The translations under genes were made by a program, and so were the position numbers. Of a stretch of 32,000 nucleotides of DNA, positions 23,812 to 32,000 are shown piece after piece. The notes under the pieces are model-generated. The model did not search any database and had not been told where the DNA came from. It worked only from the letters and a program-made list of their open reading frames with translations. The stretch is from assembly GCA_900549475.1 (NCBI GenBank), contig UROF01000025.1, positions 5,153 through 37,152 on the forward strand. Direction: 5' to 3'. The DNA comes from an uncultured Eubacteriales bacterium (GTDB lineage Bacteria > Bacillota > Clostridia > Oscillospirales > Oscillospiraceae). Numbering within the stretch: the stretch's first letter is position 1; each line of letters starts with the position of its first letter.

Positions 23812-24139
23812 GGCACTCGCCTCCCCTCAGCACCTGTTCCACAGCGGTCACATACTGCCGCCACTCCTGTTCCTTTTCCACCAGCCGCCCCCGACCGGCG
23901 GCAGTGAGGCGGTAATACCGCCGGGGTCGGGTACTGCCCTCTCCCTCCAGGTAGGCCTCGATATCCCCCCGCTCCTCCAGGGTGTGGAGCAGGGGATAGA
24001 GGGTCCCCGCCTTCAGGTCGAAGGTGTGGTCGGACCGGCGGGCCAGGGTCTCGATCATCTGGTAGCCGTACATATCCTGTTCTTCCAGCAGCTTTAACAG
24101 CAGCATGGCTGTGCTGCCGGACAGAAGGGCCTTGTCCAT
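23804..24139 (-). CDS. padR: PadR-family transcriptional regulator
   Basis: The winged-helix signature is LLLKLLEEQDMYGYQMIETL...GTLYPLLHTLEERGDIE. An AGGGAGG ribosome-binding site precedes the start. Confidence 0.92.
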   Translation of the reverse strand: MDKALLSGSTAMLLLKLLEEQDMYGYQMIETLARRSDHTFDLKAGTLYPLLHTLEERGDIEAYLEGEGSTRPRRYYRLTAAGRGRLVEKEQEWRQYVTAVEQVLRGGECLA

Positions 24140-24160
24140 ATAGTTGCCTCCCTATATATG

Positions 24161-24200
24161 TAGATTATCTATATAATACATCGGAAGGCGGATTTGTCAA
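24161..24200 (-). promoter_or_regulatory. Putative padR promoter with a palindromic operator
   Basis: On the minus strand the -35 is TTGACA (24200-24195), the spacer is 16 nt and the -10 is TATTAT (24178-24173). The 11-bp palindrome TAGATTATCTA (24161-24171) lies just downstream and is embedded in ATGT...ACAT. Confidence 0.5.
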
Positions 24201-24252
24201 GACTCTCTCCCGTTTTTTGTGCCGGGGTCCACAGGGCAAGTCCCAGGGAAAG

Positions 24253-24291
24253 CAAAAAAATCCCCCGGACTTTTTCACAAGTCCAGGGGAT
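24253..24291 (-). terminator. Intrinsic terminator of jag
   Basis: A 13-bp stem has one position that is a G-U pair only on the minus-strand transcript. On the minus strand it is followed by TTTTTTT. Confidence 0.8.
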
Positions 24292-24311
24292 TTTGTGCAT
24301 AAAGTGGTGGA

Positions 24312-25244
24312 TCAACCCTTGTTTTCCCGGTCGTAGGCCACGATGACCCGCCGGTTGGGCTCGGTACCCATGGAGTAGGTGGTGACGTTTTCCACATCCT
24401 GCAGAGCAGTGTGGATCACATGGCGCTCGTAAGCGTTCATGGGCTCCAGGGTCACGTTGCGCTTGTACTTGATAACCTTGGCGGCCACCTTCCGGGCCAG
24501 GTGCTGCAGGCTCTGCTCCCGCTTGAGGCGGTAGTTCTCCGCATCCACATGGATACGCACCCGCTTGTCGCTGCCCCGGTTCACGCTGTAGTTGGTCAGC
24601 TGCTGGATGGCGTCCAGGGTCTCACCCCGGCGGCCAATGAGAGCGCCCAGCTTCTCACCCTCCAGGATCACCTTGTAGCGGCCCTTTTCCGGCTGATAGA
24701 TGGTCACCTGAGCGGCAGAGTCCATATGCTGGAGCAGGCCCTCCAGGAAGGTAAGGATCTGCTTTGCCTTCTCATCGTCGTCGCCGCAGGGCTCGCCCAG
24801 ATCCTCAGGCTCCGGCAGAGGGATATTGATCTCCTCCTCACCGGCGGCCTCCTGATCCCGGCGCTGGGACTTATCGGCGGGCTTTTTCTTTTTCTTCCGC
24901 TCGGGCTTCTCGGCCCGGGGGGCCTCCTGAGCGGAGGCGGGAACGGCCTGGGGCTTCTCCTCAGCCTTCTCCACAGGCTTTGCCGCCGGCTTGGGAGCCT
25001 CCGGCTTCTTCTCTGCCGGCTTGGGAGCGGGAGCTGCCTTGGGTGCCAGCTCAACCTCCGGCTCCTCCAGGCCATAGGTCACGCGGACCTTGGCGGGGCT
25101 GGCGCCGATGCCGAAAAATCCGGATTTGGCGCGCTCCAGGATCTCGACGGACACCTCATCCCGATCGAGGCCCAGCTGCGCAAGGGCGCGGCTGACAGCC
25201 TCCTCCTCGGTCTTGCCCGTCATGTCAAGATATTTCATTGCCAT
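24312..25244 (-). CDS. jag: Jag/KhpB RNA-binding protein (Jag_N, KH and R3H domains) with a long Pro/Ala/Lys/Glu-rich linker
   Basis: The N-terminus is KTEEEAVSRALAQLGL. The KH segment is LGALIGRRGETLDAIQ and the R3H segment is MNAYERHVIHTAL. The gene lies directly downstream of yidC. Confidence 0.92.
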   Translation of the reverse strand: MAMKYLDMTGKTEEEAVSRALAQLGLDRDEVSVEILERAKSGFFGIGASPAKVRVTYGLEEPEVELAPKAAPAPKPAEKKPEAPKPAAKPVEKAEEKPQAVPASAQEAPRAEKPERKKKKKPADKSQRRDQEAAGEEEINIPLPEPEDLGEPCGDDDEKAKQILTFLEGLLQHMDSAAQVTIYQPEKGRYKVILEGEKLGALIGRRGETLDAIQQLTNYSVNRGSDKRVRIHVDAENYRLKREQSLQHLARKVAAKVIKYKRNVTLEPMNAYERHVIHTALQDVENVTTYSMGTEPNRRVIVAYDRENKG

Positions 25245-25253
25245 ATCGGGTAC

Positions 25254-26348
25254 TTACTCCTTTGTATCGTATCGGTCTTCCTTATAGCTGCGGCCTCGGG
25301 CATAGGGACGATCTCCCACACGGCCGGCCTCATTGGTGGAGACCTTTTTCTCCGGGGACTTCTGGGGCTGCTTCTTGGGTTTCTTTCCCTCCAGCTCCTT
25401 CAGTTCGGCGGCCCGTTTCTTGGCCTCCTCCATGCGGAGCTGACGGGCGGCGTCCCGCTTGGCGGCACGCTCCTCCTCCTCAGCGGTGATCTTCTTGGTA
25501 TAGAACTTGCCGAGCAGTGCCTCCTGGACCATGGCAAACACACTGTTGGCAATCCAGTAGATGCCCAGGCCTGCCGGCATGATAAAGCCGATCCACAGGG
25601 ACATCAGGGGCATCATCAGGTTCATGGCCTTCATGCTGCCCTGCTGCTGGGTCTGGCCGTTGCTGGCCATGGTGACGACGCTCATCACATAGCTGAGGAC
25701 GGCGGAGATAATGGGAATCAGCATCACGCCGATAAAGGCCCAGGAGAAGCTGAAGCCCTCCTTGATGATCTCCGAGGGGATCTTGGACAGATCCAGACCC
25801 AGGAAGCTGTAGTTGACGTTGATCAGTCCGTCGTAGGAGCCCTGGAAGTTCTCCCAGTGCTGGGAGATGAACTGGGACAGGCCCAGCTGCTCATAGGCGC
25901 CGTAGCTGCTGCCGGCCATGGTGGGGGTATAACCCAGCGTCATGGCGGTTTCCCGCAGGGCGTCGCAGGCCTCCTGGCTCAGACCCATGAAGTGGGTGAT
26001 GGGCATACGGATGACAGAGTTCAGAGGGATCAGGATGAACAGGGGCAGGAAGGACCACAGGCAGCCCCCCATGGGGTTGATCCCTTCCTCCTGGTAGAGC
26101 TTCTGCAGCTCCTCGTTGAATTTCTGCTGATTTTTGGCGTACTGCTTCTGCAGCTCCTGCTGCTTGCTGCTCAGCCGGCCCATACGGACCATGCTGCGCT
26201 TGGATTTCATCTGGAAGGGCAGCACCACCAGCTTCACCACCAGGCCGAAGAGGATGATGGAAATGCCGTAGGAGCCGGTAAAGGCGTACAGCCAGCGCAG
26301 CAGCGCCGCAAAGGGCACGGTAATGATGTTGCCGAGGGCAGAAAACAT
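25254..26348 (-). CDS. yidC: Membrane protein insertase YidC/SpoIIIJ
   Basis: The typical YidC core is present, including GISIILFGLVVKLVVLPF, NPMGGCLW and a basic C-terminal tail. A GGAGGAA ribosome-binding site precedes the start. Confidence 0.95.
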   Translation of the reverse strand: MFSALGNIITVPFAALLRWLYAFTGSYGISIILFGLVVKLVVLPFQMKSKRSMVRMGRLSSKQQELQKQYAKNQQKFNEELQKLYQEEGINPMGGCLWSFLPLFILIPLNSVIRMPITHFMGLSQEACDALRETAMTLGYTPTMAGSSYGAYEQLGLSQFISQHWENFQGSYDGLINVNYSFLGLDLSKIPSEIIKEGFSFSWAFIGVMLIPIISAVLSYVMSVVTMASNGQTQQQGSMKAMNLMMPLMSLWIGFIMPAGLGIYWIANSVFAMVQEALLGKFYTKKITAEEEERAAKRDAARQLRMEEAKKRAAELKELEGKKPKKQPQKSPEKKVSTNEAGRVGDRPYARGRSYKEDRYDTKE

Positions 26349-26428
26349 TGCTTATTTCCTCCGGTCGATTCAATTGTTGGCAGGCGGAGACAGAGCCGCG
26401 GCATCCTCCGGAGAGGACAGCGGCCTTG

Positions 26429-26653
26429 TCAGGGAACAGGGTCGTAGAGATCCCCCTTGTAAAAGGGGTGGCATCGCAAAAAGCGCTTCAGAGCCAGGAA
26501 GCCCCCTTTCAGGGGGCCGTACTTCTCGATGGCTTCCACCGCGTATTGGGAACAGGTGGGAATAAAGCGGCACCGGGGCGGGAGACAGGGTGAGATCTGG
26601 CGCTGGTAGAACCGGATGGCCCCCAGCATCAGCTTTTTCAGCAGGCCTTTCAT
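26429..26653 (-). CDS. yidD: Membrane protein insertion efficiency factor YidD
   Basis: Diagnostic segments are [20 protein letters not shown] and RCHPF. The start overlaps the rnpA stop (ATGA). Confidence 0.93.
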   Translation of the reverse strand: MKGLLKKLMLGAIRFYQRQISPCLPPRCRFIPTCSQYAVEAIEKYGPLKGGFLALKRFLRCHPFYKGDLYDPVP

Positions 26654-26997
26654 CCCTCCGCCTCCTCCGCAAGCCCCAGCTGCCGGCAGGCCTTGTCAAA
26701 GGCGGCGGTGAGCTTGGGCCAGGGGGCGGTGAGGCAGCGGGTCCGGGCCACCAGCACGATATCATAGCCCTGGGCCATGTGGGGCTGGGCCAGACGGTAG
26801 ACCTCCCTGAGGCGGCGGCGGGCCCGGTTGCGGACCACGGCTCCCCCCAGCTTGGTGCTGACAGTGACCCCCAGACGGTTGTGGTCCAGGCGGTTTTTCC
26901 GGCAGTACACCACCACCATAGGCGTTACCGCCGAGCGGCCCTTGCTGTACATCCGGCGGAACACATGATTCTCTTTGATGGTCACCGTCTTTTTCAC
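26650..26997 (-). CDS. rnpA: Ribonuclease P protein component
   Basis: The protein is basic and carries the RNR motif ([12 protein letters not shown]). A GTG start follows a GAAGGTGA ribosome-binding site. The gene lies downstream of rpmH. Confidence 0.93.
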   Translation of the reverse strand: MKKTVTIKENHVFRRMYSKGRSAVTPMVVVYCRKNRLDHNRLGVTVSTKLGGAVVRNRARRRLREVYRLAQPHMAQGYDIVLVARTRCLTAPWPKLTAAFDKACRQLGLAEEAEG

Positions 26998-27139
26998 GGC
27001 TTACTTCACCTTCCCGGCTGATCTGGCAGTAAGATCCGGGCAGTTTGTCCTATTTTGGGACAAAGCGCCCAAGGGACGGCAGGAAAACCACCTTGCCGTC
27101 CCTCTTGATCTATCTATTTGCGATGCAAACTCCGCGGCC

Positions 27140-27274
27140 TCAATGGGTCAGGCGGGCGCGGCCCTTGGCGCGGCGGCGGGAGAGGACCTTCCGGCCGTTG
27201 GCAGTTCTCATCCGCTTGCGGAAACCGTGCTCCTTGGAGCGCTGGCGCTTCTTGGGCTGATAGGTACGGAACAT
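27140..27274 (-). CDS. rpmH: 50S ribosomal protein L34
   Basis: The full translation is [44 protein letters not shown]. An AGGAGG site lies 9 nt upstream of the ATG at 27274. Confidence 0.95.
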   Translation of the reverse strand: MFRTYQPKKRQRSKEHGFRKRMRTANGRKVLSRRRAKGRARLTH

Positions 27275-27584
27275 TTGCATACACCTCCTACTTTTCTTTG
27301 CTGCGGCGCCAAAAGGCCCCGCTACTCGACGGCGGGCGGACAGGATGTCCCACCCCGCAGTTGATGAAATCAGGCCCGTCTTACGACAAGCATCAGTTAT
27401 TATACATAAAAAAGAAACCTGTGTCAATAAAAACTTCTGAAATCTCCCGTCTTTTCCCAAAAATCCCCACCTTTTGCGAACAAAAGAAAAATTATACAAA
27501 ATCTAGTGGTTTTTATCCCAAGAGAAACACCAGATATGGCCTTTTTTCCCGCCAAAAAATTTATCTTATTATTAGAATATGTAT

Positions 27585-27613
27585 TTGCATTTATGACTGT
27601 TTTTTGGTATACT
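27585..27613 (+). promoter_or_regulatory. Putative dnaA promoter
   Basis: The -35 is TTGCAT (27585-27590), the spacer is 17 nt and the -10 is TATACT (27608-27613). It sits at the end of an AT-rich tract running roughly 27390-27615. Confidence 0.5.
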
Positions 27614-27631
27614 GGTTAGGGTATTTTCGCC

Positions 27632-27667
27632 GCGGACCGGAGACATCACCGCCGGTCCGCCTCTTTT
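27632..27667 (+). promoter_or_regulatory. Terminator-like hairpin in the dnaA 5' leader
   Basis: GCGGACCGG (27632-27640) pairs with CCGGTCCGC (27652-27660) and is followed by CTCTTTT. An alternative, overlapping pairing is GTCCGCC (27655-27661) with GGCGGAC (27670-27676). Confidence 0.4.
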
Positions 27668-27786
27668 GGGGCGGACACAGGGGGTACGGCCGCGGCGGCG
27701 GACGGGCGGATGCGCCGCTGTATGCCGGCGCCGGACAGCCTCCGCTTTTGTTTGACGTACTACACACAGAGAAAGGGAGAGCTTCT

Positions 27787-29100
27787 ATGCAATCTGTTTC
27801 CGATATCTGGTCCATGATATTGGCCAGACTCCGGGAGGAGCTGTCGGAGACCACCATCAAGACCTGGTTTGACGACACTACGGTGGTGGCCCTGGAGGGG
27901 GATACCCTGGTGCTCCACTGTCCCAACGACTTCAAGCGCACCAATATCCAGGACCGGTTCCTCACCAATATCGAGGCGGGACTCAAGGACATCTTCTCCT
28001 CCGACATGACGGTAAGGCTTCTGGACGATGAGGGGCTGCGCCGCTACCAGAATCAGGAGGAGCAAAAGCCTACCTCCCTGATGGAGAGCGGGGAGTTCAC
28101 CTTCGAGACCTTCGTGGTGGGCCCCTCCAACAAGCTGGCCTGCTCCGCCGCCCGGGCGGTGGCTGACGCTCCCGGCCAGCACTACAACCCCCTCTTCATT
28201 TACGGCGACTCGGGACTGGGCAAGACCCACCTCCTCTACGCCATCGCCCATGTGATCCGGCAGAACAACCGCAATGCCAGGATCGTATACATCAAGGGCG
28301 ACGAATTCATCAACGACTTCATCGAATCTGTCCGTACCGGTAAGGCCGGCGATTTCCGCACCAAATACCGGGAAGCGGACCTGATGCTGGTGGACGATAT
28401 CCAGTTCGTGGCCGGCAAGGTGGAGACCCAGAATGAATTCTTCCACACCTTCAACACCCTCTACGAGAGCAAAAAGCAGATCGTCCTCACCTCCGACCGG
28501 CCGCCTCACGAGATGGCCCAGCTGGATGACCGTCTGCGGACCCGTTTTGAATGGGGCCTGCTGGTAGACGTACAGCCGCCGGATCTGGAGACCCGCATCG
28601 CCATCATCAAGAACAAGGCGGTGCAGCTGGGCTTCGTCCTCACCGACGAGATCGCCGCCTACATCGCCTCCAAGATCACCGCCAACGTCCGGCAGCTGGA
28701 GGGCACCGTGAAAAAGATCAAGGCCTTCCGAGATCTGGAGGGCAGTGAGATCGACAAGCACGCCGTGGACCGGGCCATCCAGGATATGAGCAAGTCCAAC
28801 GAGTTCATCATCACCCCTGACAGCATCATCAAGGAGATCTGCCGGTACTTCCGGCTGGAGGAGGACCAGATCCGCGGTCAGTCCCGCAGCCGTGACTGCG
28901 TCAACGCCCGTCAGATCGCCATGTATCTCATCCGGCGGATGACCAGCAACTCCCTCAGCGACACCGGTATGGAATTCAGCGGCCGGGATCACACCACCGT
29001 TCTCCACTCCATTGAGCAGGTGGAGAAGAAAATGAAGAAAGATCCTGCCTTCGCTGAGACCGTGAAAGCCATCATCACCAACATCAACTCCAAGAAATAA
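27787..29100 (+). CDS. dnaA: Chromosomal replication initiator protein DnaA
   Basis: The Walker A motif is GDSGLGKTHLL and the Walker B motif is LMLVDDIQF. The C-terminal DNA-binding domain is present (SRDCVNARQIAMYL, GRDHTTVLHS). An AAGGGAG ribosome-binding site precedes the ATG at 27787. The longer ORF start at 27118 is spurious. Confidence 0.97.
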   Translation: MQSVSDIWSMILARLREELSETTIKTWFDDTTVVALEGDTLVLHCPNDFKRTNIQDRFLTNIEAGLKDIFSSDMTVRLLDDEGLRRYQNQEEQKPTSLMESGEFTFETFVVGPSNKLACSAARAVADAPGQHYNPLFIYGDSGLGKTHLLYAIAHVIRQNNRNARIVYIKGDEFINDFIESVRTGKAGDFRTKYREADLMLVDDIQFVAGKVETQNEFFHTFNTLYESKKQIVLTSDRPPHEMAQLDDRLRTRFEWGLLVDVQPPDLETRIAIIKNKAVQLGFVLTDEIAAYIASKITANVRQLEGTVKKIKAFRDLEGSEIDKHAVDRAIQDMSKSNEFIITPDSIIKEICRYFRLEEDQIRGQSRSRDCVNARQIAMYLIRRMTSNSLSDTGMEFSGRDHTTVLHSIEQVEKKMKKDPAFAETVKAIITNINSKK

Positions 29101-29394
29101 AACCCTCACCTGGAGTTATCAACATTTTCCCCTAAATTTTCCACCGATTCCACAAAAAGTTTTCCACAGGGCCTGTGGACAATCCATCCATCCCCGGCAC
29201 CTGTGGAAACCGGTGGACAAGCATCCCCATTTTCCACACCCCCGTGTGGAGCCGCAATCCCTTGTCCTTCAACAGCTTTCGCAGCTTATCCACAAATTTT
29301 TTCTCTACTGCCCCTACTACTGAAAAATATAACAGTTTATGCTTCTGTACGGCACATTATTCCTTCTGCCGGCAGAAAGAAAGGAATACAGCCC
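29101..29394. other. oriC: DnaA-box cluster plus AT-rich unwinding region in the dnaA-dnaN spacer
   Basis: The boxes are TTATCAACA (29116-29124), TTTTCCACC (29137-29145), TTTTCCACA (29160-29168) and TGTGGACAA (29174-29182). Further boxes are TGTGGAAAC (29202-29210), GGTGGACAA (29212-29220), TTTTCCACA (29230-29238) and the perfect TTATCCACA (29286-29294). An AT-rich stretch with repeated CTACT(G) follows at 29295-29340. Confidence 0.8.
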
Positions 29395-30504
29395 ATGAAA
29401 TTTTCCTGTGAAAAAGCCCTTCTGCTGTCAGCGGTCAACACCGCTTCCCGGGCCGTGTCCGCCAAAAGCTCCATTCCTGCCCTGGAAGGCCTTCTGCTGG
29501 AGGCAGACAACGGCCTCACCGTCTCCGGCTACAACATGCAGACCGGTATCCGGACCAAAGTGGCCGCCGATGTCACCGAGGGAGGTTCACTTGTCCTCAG
29601 TGCACGGCTGTTCGGCGACATGATCCGCCGCCTGCCCGACGACGTGGTGGTGTTCGCCTCCGATAAAAATATGAATGTAAAGCTGACCTGCGGCGACGCT
29701 TCCTACGATCTTTCCGCCATTTCTGCCGCCGATTATCCCGAATTGCCCGAGGTAGAGGACCAATTTTCCTTCCAGATCCAGCAAAAAGTGCTGCGGGCCA
29801 TGATCGGCGAGACCTCTTTCGCCGTATCCACCAACGAGGCCCGGCCGGTCCACACCGGTTCCCTCTTTGAAATCGGGGAAAAAGGCCTGACCATGGTGGC
29901 GGTGGACGGATTCCGTCTGGCCCTGCGCCGGGAACCTGTGGAAAAAGTCGACGGCGGCGCCTTCTCCTTCGTAGCCCCCGGCTCCGCCCTCAGTGAAGTG
30001 GAAAAAATCTGCGACGACACCGAGGATCTGGCTGCCGTCACCCTGGGCAACCGCCACCTCCTCTTTGAGGTCGGCCCCACCCAGCTGATCTGCCGCCGGC
30101 TGGAGGGAGAGTTCCTGGACTACAAGACCGCCATCCCCCGGGCCAATCCTATCCACATCGTTGTGGATACCAAGACCATGATCGCCTCCATCGACCGGGT
30201 CAGCGTGGTGATCTCCGACAAGCAGAAGAGCCCCGTCCGGTGTCTTTTTGGGGAGGACAAAGTCTCCCTCTCCGCCAAGACCGCCAACGGCGAGGCCAAG
30301 GATGTATGCAAGATTTCCGGCGACGGGAATAACCTGGAGATCGGCTTCAATAACCGCTATCTGCTGGAGGCCCTGAAGTACTGCCCGGCGGACAGCGTCC
30401 GCATGGAGCTGAACACCGGCATCTCCCCCTGCATCATCGTACCCCTGGAGGGAGAGGAGAATTTCCTCTATATGGTGCTGCCGGTACGGCTGAAAAACAG
30501 CTGA
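29395..30504 (+). CDS. dnaN: DNA polymerase III beta subunit (sliding clamp)
   Basis: The product starts MKFSCEKALLLSAVNTASRAVS..IPALEGLLLEA and shows the three-domain clamp pattern. The ORF start at 29203 lies inside oriC and is spurious. Confidence 0.96.
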   Translation: MKFSCEKALLLSAVNTASRAVSAKSSIPALEGLLLEADNGLTVSGYNMQTGIRTKVAADVTEGGSLVLSARLFGDMIRRLPDDVVVFASDKNMNVKLTCGDASYDLSAISAADYPELPEVEDQFSFQIQQKVLRAMIGETSFAVSTNEARPVHTGSLFEIGEKGLTMVAVDGFRLALRREPVEKVDGGAFSFVAPGSALSEVEKICDDTEDLAAVTLGNRHLLFEVGPTQLICRRLEGEFLDYKTAIPRANPIHIVVDTKTMIASIDRVSVVISDKQKSPVRCLFGEDKVSLSAKTANGEAKDVCKISGDGNNLEIGFNNRYLLEALKYCPADSVRMELNTGISPCIIVPLEGEENFLYMVLPVRLKNS

Positions 30505-30518
30505 AAGGGTATACTTTT

Positions 30519-30737
30519 ATGGAAACCATTACCATTACCACGGAATTTATCAAACTTCAGGACCTGATGAAATTTGCCGACATGGTATCCTCCGGCGGTG
30601 AGGCCAAGGTGCTGATCCAGGAGGGGGAGGTGTCCGTCAACGGAGAGGTCTGTCTCCAGCGGGGCCGGAAGATCCGGCCGGGGGATGTAGTGTCCTTCCA
30701 GGGCGGACAGTACACAGTATCCTATGCGGATCAATAG
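30519..30737 (+). CDS. yaaA: S4-domain RNA-binding protein YaaA
   Basis: This 72-aa protein contains IKLQDLMKFADMVSSGGEAKVLIQEGEVSVNGEV. It occupies the conserved position between dnaN and recF. Confidence 0.9.
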   Translation: METITITTEFIKLQDLMKFADMVSSGGEAKVLIQEGEVSVNGEVCLQRGRKIRPGDVVSFQGGQYTVSYADQ

Positions 30738-31827
30738 TCTGGATCTGGAGAATTTCCGCAACTATGCCGGGGAACATGTGGATTTCGACCCGGTGTGCAA
30801 CGTGATCTGGGGGGAGAACGCCCAGGGCAAGACCAACCTGCTGGAGGCCATCTGCTGCCTGTCCTGTGGAAAATCACCCCGGACCCGGGGGGATCGGGAG
30901 CTGATCCGTTTTGACACGGAGGGCTTCCGCATCACCGGACAGATCACCAGCCGGGACCGGGAATTCGTCAGCCGTATCGAGGCCTTCCGGGGCAAGCGGC
31001 GGAAGATCACCGTCAACGGCGTGCCTGCCAAGACCTCCGCGGCCCTGGGGCAGGTGCTGAGCACCGTTTTCTTTGCCCCAGAGGACCTGCAGATCATCCG
31101 TTCCGGTGCGGCGGAGCGGCGGAAATTTATGGATATGTCCCTGTGCCAGCTGCGGCCGAAGTATGCCGAAGCTCTGGCAGAATATAACCGCCTCCATGAG
31201 CACAAGACCCGCATCCTCCGGGACTGCGATGAGCGGCCTGACCTTGTTTCCACACTGCCGGACTTCAATCTGCGTATGGCGGAGACAGGGGCGGTGCTGA
31301 TCCACTACCGGGCCAGGTTCGCCGCCATGCTGACGGAGTTTGCCGCGGCGGCCCATCGGGAGTGCTCCGGAGGGAAGGAGGAGCTTTCTGTCCGGTACCA
31401 GACGGTGAAAACCGTAACAGACCCCATGGCGGACTACCGCCAGCTGGTGGCGCAGCTGCTGGAACACCAGCGGCAGCACCACTATGCGGAAGTTTCCTCC
31501 CGTCAGTGCCTGTCGGGACCCCACAAGGACGACTTGGAGGTGCTGCTGGGGGGCCTGAGCGCCAGGGCCTATGCCTCCCAGGGCCAGACCCGGACGGCGG
31601 CGCTGTCTCTGAAGCTGGCGGCACGGGAGATCCACCGGGAGATCCTGGGGGAGTACCCGGTGCTGCTGCTGGACGATGTGCTCAGTGAGCTGGACCCCAA
31701 GCGGCAGGAATTTGTCCTCAACCGCATCAGCGGGGGACAGGTATTTATCACCTGCTGTGAGGACGACCGGCTGGGACGGCTCCTTAACGGAAAAGTGTTC
31801 CACACCCAGGGGGGAAAGCTGACATAG
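30724..31827 (+). CDS. recF: DNA replication and repair protein RecF
   Basis: The Walker A motif is GENAQGKTNLLEA, the signature motif is ASQGQTRTAALSLKLA and the Walker B motif is VLLLDDVLSELD. Confidence 0.96.
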   Translation: MRINSLDLENFRNYAGEHVDFDPVCNVIWGENAQGKTNLLEAICCLSCGKSPRTRGDRELIRFDTEGFRITGQITSRDREFVSRIEAFRGKRRKITVNGVPAKTSAALGQVLSTVFFAPEDLQIIRSGAAERRKFMDMSLCQLRPKYAEALAEYNRLHEHKTRILRDCDERPDLVSTLPDFNLRMAETGAVLIHYRARFAAMLTEFAAAAHRECSGGKEELSVRYQTVKTVTDPMADYRQLVAQLLEHQRQHHYAEVSSRQCLSGPHKDDLEVLLGGLSARAYASQGQTRTAALSLKLAAREIHREILGEYPVLLLDDVLSELDPKRQEFVLNRISGGQVFITCCEDDRLGRLLNGKVFHTQGGKLT

Positions 31828-31849
31828 CAAGGAGCGGCGCTCCTTTGAC

Positions 31850-32000
31850 CAGCGGGCGGGGGCTGTGTGTCCCCAAGCCCCGGGATTTTCTGAAGGGGCC
31901 AGCAGTGGCCCTCGACGCTGTTATGCCTCCGGCGGCCCCATTTTTGGACGCCCAAAAATGGGGGAAAAAACCGCTGGGGAGACCCCAGACCCCCATATTT
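31850..32000. repeat. Foldback-repeat family, copy F (left arm only, cut by the window end)
   Basis: GGCCCTCGACGCTGTTATGCCTCCGGCGG is followed by H1 at 31936-31963 (CCCCATTTTTGG-acgc-CCAAAAATGGGG). H2 lies at 31974-31988 (CTGGGG-aga-CCCCAG) and is followed by ACCCCC. It is nearly identical to the left arm of copy D. Confidence 0.7.

Noticed and set aside
27281-27620. rpmH-dnaA spacer as a second DnaA-box-rich half of oriC.
   Set aside because: The region is AT-rich, but I found only weak two-mismatch boxes (for example TTATCCCAA and TTTTCCCAA). I therefore annotated only a promoter here and left the question open as a finding.
27118-27786. N-terminal extension of the dnaA ORF (660-aa version). 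The analogous dnaN extension starts at 29203.
   Set aside because: The extensions run through the AT-rich promoter region and the DnaA-box cluster. They show no DnaA or DnaN homology. Internal ATGs with good ribosome-binding sites (27787 and 29395) match the canonical N-termini.
1-32000. tRNA, rRNA, parS (TGTTNCACGTGAAACA-like) sites and transposase, integrase or defence genes.
   Set aside because: I looked for tRNA T-arm or acceptor-like signatures and for the parS palindrome, and saw none. No ORF shows transposase, integrase, restriction, Cas, or toxin nuclease hallmarks. The scan was manual, so short features could have been missed.

Overview
This window is the replication-origin region of a high-GC, spore-forming Firmicute (Clostridia-type); I cannot name the taxon from the sequence alone. 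The conserved backbone is rpmH-rnpA-yidD-yidC-jag on the minus strand, then dnaA, a DnaA-box-rich oriC (29101-29394), dnaN, yaaA and recF on the plus strand. To the left lie housekeeping and sporulation genes: a GyrB/ParE-family topoisomerase subunit, metG, tatD, xth, rpsT, gpr, spoIIP and spoVAC. They are interleaved with accessory modules: an XRE regulator with a small protein, TetR with an SDR and a secondary alcohol dehydrogenase, a membrane-anchored XRE protein, a low-GC GNAT gene, a MocR regulator with an ECF S-component, a frameshifted MATE transporter, and PadR with a SEDS-like membrane protein. No tRNA, rRNA, CRISPR array or transposase gene was seen. The most unusual feature is a dense family of modular, GC-rich repeats that fold back on themselves and consist of stacked hairpins. 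There are six clear copies and one degenerate relative, about 2.8 kb or roughly 9 percent of the window. They fill almost every long intergenic gap, and their hairpin stems carry compensatory substitutions between copies. I could not match them to any named element. All coordinates of short motifs were indexed by hand and may be off by 1-2 nt.
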